This document shows, in pieces, positions 56,094 to 64,000 of a stretch of DNA of 64,000 nucleotides. The DNA comes from Chloroflexota bacterium (GTDB lineage: Bacteria; Chloroflexota; Anaerolineae; UBA1429). A program made the position numbers and the translations under genes. The stretch is from positions 10,965-74,964 of the forward strand of contig JAAYDC010000012.1 of NCBI GenBank assembly GCA_012729455.1, in the 5' to 3' direction. Within the stretch, counting starts at the first letter, position 1. Each line of letters opens with the position of its first letter. Below the pieces are notes generated by a model, which saw only the letters and a program-made list of their open reading frames with translations, did not search any database and was not told where the DNA came from.

Positions 56094-58277
56094 ATGAGCA
56101 ACTATCCGCTGCAGGTCGTGATTTTGGCAGCCGCCCAACGCCCCGGCATCCAGGTAGCAGGACCGCGCGCCCTGCAGCGCCTGGGCGATAAGGCAATCAT
56201 CGAGTATGTGGTCGAGCTGGCCGAACAGATCGTCCCGCGCGACCGGATCTATATCGTGGTGGGCTACCAGCACGAGGCCATCGAAGAGTATCTGGGGCCC
56301 GAATACCATTATGTCCTGCAGCAGGAACAGCTCGGCACGGGGCATGCCGTGAGCCAGATGCTGCCGTACCTGCCGGATACGCGCGGTGACCTGATGATCC
56401 TTTACGGTGATACGCCGCTCTTTCGCGTCTCTTCGATCAAGGGCATGCTCCTGCGCCACCGCCTAAAGGACGCGGCCTTTACGGTCATCACCCGCGAGAC
56501 CGACCAACTACTGCCCTATGGGCGCATCGTGCGCGACGACGACGGCCTGGTGGTGGATATTGTCGAAGAAGCCGATGCCGATGTCGAAACGCGCCACATC
56601 CGCGAGTTGAACCTGGGCGCTTATGTGGTGCGCAGCGACCTGATCAGCCAGGCGTTGCGCGACCCGGACGGGACCTGTTACCCGCACCTTACCTCGGCGG
56701 TAAAATGGATGGCAGCCAACCGCCATATCATCGAGACCTACCCCTGTGCTGACCCCGACGAGATGCTGGGCATCAACACCCCCTCTGACCTCGAGCAGGC
56801 CACTCTGATCCTGCTCAAGCGTGTGATGCGTCCGCGCCTGATCGAAGAGCAGAATATTGTGCGCTTTGGCACGGGCGGCTGGCGGGCGATCATCTCGGAA
56901 GGTTTCACCATGCACAACGTGCGGCGTCTGAGCCAGACGCTGGCCAACCGCATCATCCGAAACGACTGGGAGCCCCAGGGGGTCATGATCGGGTATGACC
57001 ACCGCTTCCTTTCGGATAGCGCCGCGATCGCCGCCGCCGAGGTCTTTGCCGGTAACGGCATCCATGCCATCTTGCTGCGCGAGCCCGCGCCCACCCCCAT
57101 GATCACCTACGCCACTGCTCTGGAGCGCTCGGCTTATGGCTTGGCGTTTACCGCCAGCCACAACCCGCCGCAGTGGAACGGATTAAAGGTCTTTCGCGAG
57201 GATGGGTCGCTTTTGTTGGACGACGAATCAAAGGCTATCGAGGCCGAGGTCAACAGCATGGACCAGGCCGACGTGGTCAAGATCGAGCTACCGCTGGGGA
57301 TCGAATCCGGCCGGATCGAGTATCGCGATTATACCAATGTGTATGTGGATGCCGTCGAATCGTTCATCGATTTGGACGCTATCCGTCAGGCGGGGCTGCA
57401 TGTGGTTGTCGATCCAATGTTTGGGGTGGGCGAGCAGACGATGAACTATGTGCTGATGGAAGCGCGCTGCCGCGTGACGACCATCCACGGCCAGCGCGAT
57501 CCGCTCTTTGGCGGGCGTTCGCCGGCGCCAGATCTGGGGTCGTTGGGGCTGTTGGTACACACCATTGTAGATGGCAACGGTATCTATGACCTGGGCCTGG
57601 CGATGGATGGCGACGCCGACCGCTTTGCGATCATCGACGAGCAGGGTTCTTTTGTGACGATGAACGACATCCTGGTGCTGATATACTGGTATCTGCACGA
57701 GTTCCGCGGTGAAAAGGGCGGTATTGTGCGCAACCTGGCTACCACCCACATGCTCGACCGGCTGTGCGAGCGTTTTGGTGAGCGCTGCCTTGAAGTTCCC
57801 GTCGGGTTCAAGCACATCACGCGCGGTATGACCGAAATCGACGCCATCCTGGGGGGCGAATCCAGCGGCGGGCTGACCATCCGCGGGCACATCCTGGGCA
57901 AGGATGGCGTGCTGGCATCGGCATTGGTGGTCGAAATGCTGGCCAAGACCGGCAAAAAGATCACCCAGCTGCTCTCAGAGCTGTTTGCCACCATTGGCCG
58001 GCTCTATAGCGCCGAATTGAACGTGCCGGCTACGCCCGAGATGGCCGTCCTGTTCCCACACTACCTCAAGGAGCACTGCATAGAGACGGTGGCTGGCCAC
58101 CCCGTCAAAGACATCAGCACGATCGACGGCACCAAATTCCTGCTGGAAGATGACCAGTGGGTACTGCTGCGCTTTTCGGGCACCGAACCGCTCTTGCGCA
58201 TCTTTGTGGAGGGGGATAGCCCGCAAAAGGCCCAGGAGTTACTGGAGGGCGCCCAGAAGCTGCTGCCGCTGGGCTAG
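56094..58277 (+). CDS. bifunctional sugar-1-phosphate nucleotidyltransferase / phosphoglucomutase-phosphomannomutase fusion protein
   Basis: 727 aa. Residues 1 to about 250 form an NTP-transferase GT-A fold (LQVVILAAAQRPG...GTGHAV...LYGDTP). Residues from about 260 to 727 form a complete alpha-D-phosphohexomutase (TASHNPPQWNG, DGDADR, GGESSGG). Confidence 0.8.
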   Translation: MSNYPLQVVILAAAQRPGIQVAGPRALQRLGDKAIIEYVVELAEQIVPRDRIYIVVGYQHEAIEEYLGPEYHYVLQQEQLGTGHAVSQMLPYLPDTRGDLMILYGDTPLFRVSSIKGMLLRHRLKDAAFTVITRETDQLLPYGRIVRDDDGLVVDIVEEADADVETRHIRELNLGAYVVRSDLISQALRDPDGTCYPHLTSAVKWMAANRHIIETYPCADPDEMLGINTPSDLEQATLILLKRVMRPRLIEEQNIVRFGTGGWRAIISEGFTMHNVRRLSQTLANRIIRNDWEPQGVMIGYDHRFLSDSAAIAAAEVFAGNGIHAILLREPAPTPMITYATALERSAYGLAFTASHNPPQWNGLKVFREDGSLLLDDESKAIEAEVNSMDQADVVKIELPLGIESGRIEYRDYTNVYVDAVESFIDLDAIRQAGLHVVVDPMFGVGEQTMNYVLMEARCRVTTIHGQRDPLFGGRSPAPDLGSLGLLVHTIVDGNGIYDLGLAMDGDADRFAIIDEQGSFVTMNDILVLIYWYLHEFRGEKGGIVRNLATTHMLDRLCERFGERCLEVPVGFKHITRGMTEIDAILGGESSGGLTIRGHILGKDGVLASALVVEMLAKTGKKITQLLSELFATIGRLYSAELNVPATPEMAVLFPHYLKEHCIETVAGHPVKDISTIDGTKFLLEDDQWVLLRFSGTEPLLRIFVEGDSPQKAQELLEGAQKLLPLG

Positions 58278-59362
58278 ATCGAAAAGCGTACGTGCACGAT
58301 GTCGCCATCCTGCACGATATAGTCGCGCCCTTCCAGGCGCAGTTTGCCCAGCCGGCGTGCTTCGGCCATCGTCTTACAGGCGATCATATCGGCATAGCTG
58401 GTCACCTCAGCGCGGATAAATCCTCGAGCCAGGTCGCTGTGGATGGTGCGAGCCGCCTCAAGGGCCGGCGCTCCGCGTTCGACCGTCCAGGCCCTTACCT
58501 CATCCTCACCCACGGTAAAGAACGACAGCTGCCCCAGCAGGTCATAGCACATGCGCACCAGGCGGTTCAGTCCGGGCTCGGGGATCTCATAGCTGGCCAA
58601 AAAGTCAGCCACTTCGTCGGGGGGAAGCTGGGCGATCTCGGCCTCCAGCTCACCCTGCAGCACGAGCGCGGCTGCCGCGCGATGTCCGCTTGCCCAGCCA
58701 AGCTCGATATCCGTGGGCGCGCCTTCGTTGGCATTGACGACCGTCATCAGCGGTTTGGCGGTAAGGAACTGAAAACTGCGCAAAAAGACGGCTTCTTCAT
58801 CCGTCAGCTCAATATCTGCCACGGTGCTGCCCTCAGTAAGGGCATCCGAGATGCGCTGCATGAGGGCCAGCTCGTGCTCGAGGTTGGGCTTGTCGGCCGT
58901 CTTGGCGCGCTGAATGCCCTCTTCGATGCGCTCAATACGATGCTCAACGATCACCAGATCGGAAAAGATGAGCTCCTGCAGCAGGATATCATAGTCGCGC
59001 TGCGGATTCACCCCGCCATCGCCAGCGGGCACCTGGTCGCTTTCAAAGCCGCGCACCACCAACAACAGTGCGTCGCACTTGCTGGCGGCGTTGAGGAGCT
59101 GGGTATCCAGGCCAGTGCCGCGCGAGGCTTGGCCGCCTGCCACCCCGCTGATGTCGCTGAACTGGATCTTGGCATAAATGGTCTTGCGTGGGTTAAAGAG
59201 CGCCGAGAGAGTATCGACGCGCGGATCGAGCACATCGATGATGGCCGTTGAGAAGCTGAAACGCGCTGCCGAATAGCTAGAGGTCTCCAGCTTGCTGCGC
59301 GTGAGCGCGTTAAAGATGGTGGTCTTGCCAGAAAGCGGCAGTCCCAAGATGCCTACTTGCAT
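58274..59362 (-). CDS. ychF: redox-regulated ribosome-associated ATPase YchF (Obg-family)
   Basis: It reads MQVGILGLPLSGKTTIFNALT..., with a C-terminal TGS domain. Confidence 0.9.
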   Translation of the reverse strand: MQVGILGLPLSGKTTIFNALTRSKLETSSYSAARFSFSTAIIDVLDPRVDTLSALFNPRKTIYAKIQFSDISGVAGGQASRGTGLDTQLLNAASKCDALLLVVRGFESDQVPAGDGGVNPQRDYDILLQELIFSDLVIVEHRIERIEEGIQRAKTADKPNLEHELALMQRISDALTEGSTVADIELTDEEAVFLRSFQFLTAKPLMTVVNANEGAPTDIELGWASGHRAAAALVLQGELEAEIAQLPPDEVADFLASYEIPEPGLNRLVRMCYDLLGQLSFFTVGEDEVRAWTVERGAPALEAARTIHSDLARGFIRAEVTSYADMIACKTMAEARRLGKLRLEGRDYIVQDGDIVHVRFSI

Positions 59363-59374
59363 GCTCTTGCGATC

Positions 59375-60376
59375 TTACCAAGTGGGCACGCAGTCGTCGG
59401 GGTTGGGCCAAAAGTCAAAGAGCGCCCCGACCGAAAGCCCCACCAGGTTACGGCGAATGGCCTCGCCAAAGATCGGTGCCACTGAGAGCACTGTCATATT
59501 GGGCAGGCGTTTTTCCGGCGTGATCGGCACGGTGTTGGTGGTAACGATCTCGTCGATCTCGCAGATGTTGCGCAGGCGCTCGATCGAGTTGCCCGAAAAT
59601 ACGCCGTGCGTGCAGGCCAGGGTGATGCGCTTGCAGCCTTCGGCGCGCAGGGCATCCACCATTGCCACGATCGAGCCGCCGGTGGCGATCTCATCGTCAA
59701 AGAGGATCACATTCTTGTTGGCAACTTCGCCAATGATGCCGGCTACCACCACGCGATCGTCGGCGACGCGTTCCTTATCGCCAGCGGCCACGCCCACACC
59801 CAGGGCACGCGCCAGCTTGGTGGCACGTTTGGCATGCCCGATATCCGGCGAGACGACCACTGTGTTGGAGAGGTCTTTGGTCCTAAAATGGCGCACAAAC
59901 ACGGCGTGCGAGGTGAGGTGATCGGCCGGGATGCTGAAAAAGCCGTGCACCTGCGGCGAGTGCAGCGTCATGGTCATGACATGGCTGGCACCGGCGGTGG
60001 TGATCAGGTCGGCCACCAGCCGGGCGGTGATCGAGATGCGCGGCTGGTCCTTTTTGTCAGACCGGCCATAAGAAAAGTAAGGGATCACCACATGCACGGT
60101 GGTCGCCGAGGCGCTGCGGGCAGCGTCCACCATCATGAGCATCTCGATGATATTGTCGCTAACGGGCGAGCAAAGCGACTGGATAATCACCACCGCCTTG
60201 GCACGTACGCTTACCCCGAGTTGCACATACAAGTCGTCGTTCGAAAAGCGCTTTGTCAGGCTGGGGCTGAGCTCACAGCCGAGGTAATCAGTGATCTCGC
60301 GCGCCAGCTCGGGGTGTGAGCTGCCGCTAAAGACGCGCAGTTGAGAAGAGAGTTCGCTCTCGTCACATCGTGACAT
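59375..60376 (-). CDS. prs: ribose-phosphate pyrophosphokinase (PRPP synthetase)
   Basis: It has the PRPP-binding loop and a VVSPDIGHAKRA-type flexible loop. The N-terminal ...LRVFSGSSHPELA matches Prs. Confidence 0.9.
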   Translation of the reverse strand: MSRCDESELSSQLRVFSGSSHPELAREITDYLGCELSPSLTKRFSNDDLYVQLGVSVRAKAVVIIQSLCSPVSDNIIEMLMMVDAARSASATTVHVVIPYFSYGRSDKKDQPRISITARLVADLITTAGASHVMTMTLHSPQVHGFFSIPADHLTSHAVFVRHFRTKDLSNTVVVSPDIGHAKRATKLARALGVGVAAGDKERVADDRVVVAGIIGEVANKNVILFDDEIATGGSIVAMVDALRAEGCKRITLACTHGVFSGNSIERLRNICEIDEIVTTNTVPITPEKRLPNMTVLSVAPIFGEAIRRNLVGLSVGALFDFWPNPDDCVPTW

Positions 60377-60448
60377 GTCGTGTTGCTCCCCGCCTTGGTA
60401 TCCGCTCGCTGAGCATTCAGTTTACTATGGCAACCCGGTTTCGGCAAG

Positions 60449-61717
60449 TCATAACGTGCCCGAGATGGCCACCACGTGGTTAGCCGGATCGAGGCACTGC
60501 ATCGCCGCCAGGATATCCTCCCGCGTGACGGCGTGAATCAATTCCGGGAAGCGCTGCAAATAGTGAAAACCGAGCTGATGCGTCTCGATGGCTACCAGTT
60601 GGGCCACCAGGTCTGTATTGGTCTCGAGCCCCAACGGCATCGATCCAACCAGATAAGACTGGCAATCCGCCAGCTCGGCTTCGCTAACGAGCTCCGCGCG
60701 CATGCCCTGCACCACCGCATCGATCTCGCTGAGAGTGCGCTCCAGATCGGCCGGGTTGATGCCGGCACTGATCTCCCACGAGACTGGCCCTGCTCCGCGT
60801 TCCAGACGGCTGCCGGCATAGTAAGCCAGACCAAGTTCGTCGCGCACGCGGTTGCCCAAGCGCCCCATCATCCCCAACTGGCCCAGGATCATGTCGCCCA
60901 TGCGCGCGGCATAGTAGCGCTGATCGTCGCGTGCGATCCCCAACGTGCCCCACACCAGGTCAGCCTGCAATTTATCGGCCAGCGGAACGTCGACCCTTAC
61001 CACCCCCTTTGGCGGAGCGACCGGCGGGATCTCTTCCTGCGGGGGCTGGTGGGGAGGCTGCCAATCGCCAAACAAACGCTCGAAATGCGCGGCCACCTCG
61101 TCGGCACGAACCGCCCCACTGACGGCCAGGATACCCTGGGCGGGATGGTAAATGCGCTCGTAAAAGCTTGTCAGGTCGGCCTGCTGCATGGATATCAGGC
61201 TTTCGGGCGTGCCGATCGTTTCCCGACCAAAGGGATGTTCGGGACCATACAGCGCTTTATCAAAGGCAGACGATGCGCGGTAGCCGGTGTCGTTGAGGTA
61301 GATTCCCAGGTTGGTGAGGATCTGTCCGCGCGCCTTGGCAAACTCGGTCGCGTCCATGGCAGGCTCGCGCAGCATCTCGGCTGCCAGGTTGAGCAACAGG
61401 CCCAGGTCGCTGGCGAGCGCGCGCCCGCCCAGGACAGCATAACGCTCGTTGGCATAGCTGCCCAACGAGGCGCCGGCACCGTCGAGTATCTGGTTGAGGC
61501 CCTGGAAGGTGTGCTGACGCGTGCCGCGCCGCAGCATGGCAGCCGTCAGAGAGGCCAGTCCGCAGTGTTCTGGCGCCTCGAATTGGCTGCCGGCCAGGAA
61601 CTGGCCCTGCAGCGCCACCGAGGCGCTGGCCTGGTTCTCGATCACCAAGATGACCAGCCCATTTGGGAGCCTTTGACGGACGACACGTTCGGGGGTAATA
61701 GCCAAACTGCCTTGCAT
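60449..61717 (-). CDS. M16-family (pitrilysin/insulinase-like) peptidase, non-catalytic beta-type subunit
   Basis: It has M16 N- and C-domains but no HxxEH motif. The start was placed at the ATG at 61717, which gives an 11-nt overlap with the upstream partner. The track start at 61765 would overlap by 41 nt. Confidence 0.7.
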   Translation of the reverse strand: MQGSLAITPERVVRQRLPNGLVILVIENQASASVALQGQFLAGSQFEAPEHCGLASLTAAMLRRGTRQHTFQGLNQILDGAGASLGSYANERYAVLGGRALASDLGLLLNLAAEMLREPAMDATEFAKARGQILTNLGIYLNDTGYRASSAFDKALYGPEHPFGRETIGTPESLISMQQADLTSFYERIYHPAQGILAVSGAVRADEVAAHFERLFGDWQPPHQPPQEEIPPVAPPKGVVRVDVPLADKLQADLVWGTLGIARDDQRYYAARMGDMILGQLGMMGRLGNRVRDELGLAYYAGSRLERGAGPVSWEISAGINPADLERTLSEIDAVVQGMRAELVSEAELADCQSYLVGSMPLGLETNTDLVAQLVAIETHQLGFHYLQRFPELIHAVTREDILAAMQCLDPANHVVAISGTL

Positions 61718-61724
61718 AGGTCGC

Positions 61725-62996
61725 TTATACCTCGGGCTCAAAGATGCCGGTGATGCAACGGTCATCCACCAGATAGCGCTGGGCTGCGCGCTGCACCGAC
61801 TCGGGGGTCACAGCCGCCAGCTCTTCCATGATGTTCATCAGGCGCTCGGGCTGGTCGACAATTGAGAGCAGCCCCAGCGAAAGAGCCTGGTTGCGCACGC
61901 GCTCATTGGCGTATGCCAGCTGTGCCGAGGTCTGGCGGATGGCACTATGTAGTTCAGCCTCGCTGATGAGTTCCTCGCGCAGGCGCTGAACGACCTGCTT
62001 GAGGGCCTGCTCTACCTCAGCAGGGGTGTGCTCCTTGCGCGGAATGGCGCCCAGTATCAAAAGATACGGGTCGAGGCTATCCTGGTAGCTGCTGCTAACT
62101 GCAGAAGCCAGCTCGGTATCGACCAGCGCACGATACAAGCGCGCGCTGCGTGCCAGGGTGCCAGCGCCATGGAACGGTGCGCTGCCGCCTGTCAGCACAC
62201 TGTTGAGGATTACGAGGGGCATATAGTCCGGATCGCTGACAGCCGGCGTACGGTAGGCGACCTGCACACTGGGCATTCCACCTGCCATGTGCAGCAGCAC
62301 CCGCCGCTCGCCGCGTTGGTCGGGCTCCGTCCGGATGCGCTCGGCGGGCAGCTCGCCGGCGGAAAGCGCACCAAACTTGTCGCCGATCATGGAGAGCATT
62401 TGATCGGCATCAAAATCGCCCGCCATCACCAGGATGGCATTATTCGGGCTATAGTAGCGCCGGTAATGTGCATACAACTCGTCGCGGGTGATGGCCTGCA
62501 GGTCAGCTTTCCAGCCGATCACCTGGTGATGGTAGGGATGCTGCTGAAAGGCGGTCGCTACGAGCGCCTCGTGCAGCATGTAACGCGGCTCGTTCTCACT
62601 GCCCTCGCGTTCGGCAATCACCACGGTGCGCTCGGACTCGATCTCAGCCGGATCAAAGAGCGCGCCGGTCATGCGGTCCGACTCGATATCCAACGCCAGC
62701 TCGACCTGGCTGGAGGGCAGCGTCTCGTAATAGGCGGTAAAATCTCGGCTGGTCATGGCGTTTGCCTCGCCGCCGTGGCGGTCGACCAGCTGCATGATAC
62801 TGCCCTTGGGGTAACGTTTGCTGCCCTTGAAGAGCATGTGCTCGACCCAGTGCGAGACGCCGGTGAGGCCCTCGCCCTCGTTGCGGCTGCCAACCCGATA
62901 CCACATAAAAGTGCTGACGATGGGGGCAGTATGCAGCTCGCGCAGCACGATGCGCAGGCCGTTCGGCAGTGATGAAACGATCAGGTCTTGGGTCAT
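61725..62996 (-). CDS. M16-family zinc peptidase, catalytic subunit
   Basis: It has the inverted zinc motif HWVEH (SHWVEHMLFKGS) and a downstream Glu. The start was trimmed to the ATG at 62996 with a GGAG RBS. Confidence 0.75.
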   Translation of the reverse strand: MTQDLIVSSLPNGLRIVLRELHTAPIVSTFMWYRVGSRNEGEGLTGVSHWVEHMLFKGSKRYPKGSIMQLVDRHGGEANAMTSRDFTAYYETLPSSQVELALDIESDRMTGALFDPAEIESERTVVIAEREGSENEPRYMLHEALVATAFQQHPYHHQVIGWKADLQAITRDELYAHYRRYYSPNNAILVMAGDFDADQMLSMIGDKFGALSAGELPAERIRTEPDQRGERRVLLHMAGGMPSVQVAYRTPAVSDPDYMPLVILNSVLTGGSAPFHGAGTLARSARLYRALVDTELASAVSSSYQDSLDPYLLILGAIPRKEHTPAEVEQALKQVVQRLREELISEAELHSAIRQTSAQLAYANERVRNQALSLGLLSIVDQPERLMNIMEELAAVTPESVQRAAQRYLVDDRCITGIFEPEV

Positions 62997-63070
62997 AGTC
63001 TCCTCAGGCAGCGGGATATGACAGCCAGCAGCAGCGCCAGCTACGGTTCGTTCTCGGCTGGATGAGTGGG

Positions 63071-63580
63071 CTAATCGCGCGTGTGTGAATCGATAGAGGA
63101 AACGCGAATGCCCAGCCAGGCCTGGCAACAGTTAACCCCTGCCTGACCTGTCCTTACCTCGATACCCAGATAACGGCCATTACGATCGATCGTCAGGACG
63201 ACCACATCGCCGGGTTGGTAGCTGGAAAGCATCGACGATAGTTTCTGACCGCCGACTGGCATGCTGTCCAGCGCCACGATCACATCGCCCACCCGCACGC
63301 CGGCCTGGTCAGCGGGACCATCTGGCAGTACCTCTACCACGATAAAGCCCGCCTCATCCCCGTAAAGCAGTTCCTCCCATGTGGGGGCGTTCTGCTGCCA
63401 GGGGAGCACGCGCTGCATGCTCAGGGACCATCTGTTCATACTCGCCCGGCGTTGGCCGAGGCGGTACCCGATAAAGCCACCGCTGCACGAGCCTAACATG
63501 CAGCCCATCAAAAGGGCTACAATGATGCCCAGCACGATCCAGATAGTGCGTGAGCTGTTTTCCCTGGGTTCGGTTCCCAT
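63071..63580 (-). CDS. PDZ-domain membrane protein
   Basis: 169 aa. It has an N-terminal transmembrane helix (IWIVLGIIVALLMGCMLG) and a C-terminal PDZ domain (GFIVVEVLPDGPADQAGVRVGDVIVALD). Confidence 0.6.
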   Translation of the reverse strand: MGTEPRENSSRTIWIVLGIIVALLMGCMLGSCSGGFIGYRLGQRRASMNRWSLSMQRVLPWQQNAPTWEELLYGDEAGFIVVEVLPDGPADQAGVRVGDVIVALDSMPVGGQKLSSMLSSYQPGDVVVLTIDRNGRYLGIEVRTGQAGVNCCQAWLGIRVSSIDSHTRD

Positions 63581-63703
63581 CGGTACTCTCCGATCAAAAC
63601 TCGGTGTGCTGCTCTTATAGGTTGAGGCGGACTGGATGTCAAGTCCTGCTTGCCTGGCGCAGTGGCGGATGCTACACTGGGGCTCACCACCAGGAGAGAC
63701 GCC

Positions 63704-64000
63704 ATGACAACTATGATGCAGGCAGGTTACTGGGTTAAACCCGAGACGATCGAGGTGCGCAACAACCCGCTACCGCGCCAGCCAGGAGAGGTACTGCTAA
63801 AGGTAGCCTATGGCGGTATCTGCGGCACCGATATGATGATCTACCTGGGCAAGCATCCGCGCGCCAAGGCGCCGCTGGTGATGTGCCATGAATTCGTAGG
63901 CACAGTGGTGGAGGACCCCAGCGGTACATTTGCCGTCGGGCAGCCAGCAGCGATCAACCCGCTCCTGATGTGCGGCAAGTGCTATGCCTGCCGTAACGGC
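63704..64000 (+). CDS. zinc-dependent alcohol dehydrogenase (MDR family); only the N-terminal part lies in the window, the C-terminus runs off the right edge
   Basis: The ATG at 63704 has an AGGAGAG RBS. It has the catalytic Zn motif GICGTDMMIYLGKHP and the start of the structural Zn cluster CGKCYACRNG. A candidate TTGCCT-17-TACACT promoter sits at 63650-63678. Confidence 0.7.
   Translation, partial: MTTMMQAGYWVKPETIEVRNNPLPRQPGEVLLKVAYGGICGTDMMIYLGKHPRAKAPLVMCHEFVGTVVEDPSGTFAVGQPAAINPLLMCGKCYACRNG

Overview
This is a high-GC (~65%) bacterial chromosomal window, densely coded; the gene content looks Chloroflexota-like but no organism is assigned. Nothing is phage- or plasmid-like apart from one small decayed low-GC insert.

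Left to right:
- asd (partial) and lysC, then ybaK.
- An ~11 kb minus-strand glycosylation operon: a phosphohexomutase, TatD, a GT2, a GT4, and three tandem paralogous GT-C (PMT/ArnT-like) membrane glycosyltransferases. Each GT-C paralog carries duplicated C-terminal modules.
- A SAM-I riboswitch in front of a PfkB kinase (probable adenosine kinase), ahcY and metK.
- Two putative glycoside-hydrolase-like genes, one with DUF4091.
- A flavin reductase, tsaE, tsaB, rimI, tRNA-Arg(TCT), a GNAT (Eis-like) acetyltransferase, a URO-D/MtaA-family gene, yraN and miaA.
- A rare-sugar or deoxy-sugar cluster: a sugar-phosphate isomerase/epimerase, two Zn-dependent alcohol dehydrogenases, an Rpe-like epimerase, rhaM, a phosphomannomutase and an FGGY kinase.
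- A second URO-D-family gene inactivated by an internal deletion.
- A second glycosyltransferase operon: GT4, a DPM1-like GT2, a TyrA-like protein, an HD-domain protein and a site-2 protease.
- A ~1.6 kb low-GC insert at tRNA-Lys, flanked by diverged direct repeats that include a pseudo-tRNA-Lys, with remnants of Firmicutes-type genes.
- A diacylglycerol kinase, secG, a family-5 substrate-binding protein, and a complete hypA-hypB-hypF-hypC-hypD-hypE hydrogenase-maturation operon with no hydrogenase structural genes in view.
- pepA, comEA, a decayed GH4 gene, lgt, a fused nucleotidyltransferase–phosphohexomutase gene, ychF, prs, an M16 peptidase pair, a PDZ protein and a partial Zn-dependent alcohol dehydrogenase.

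Most interesting: the triple GT-C glycosylation operon, the tRNA-Lys-associated foreign remnant, the orphan hyp operon, the SAM-I-controlled methyl-cycle operon, and three independent gene-inactivating lesions.

Features that are not in the ORF track were located by hand and may be off by 1–2 nt.
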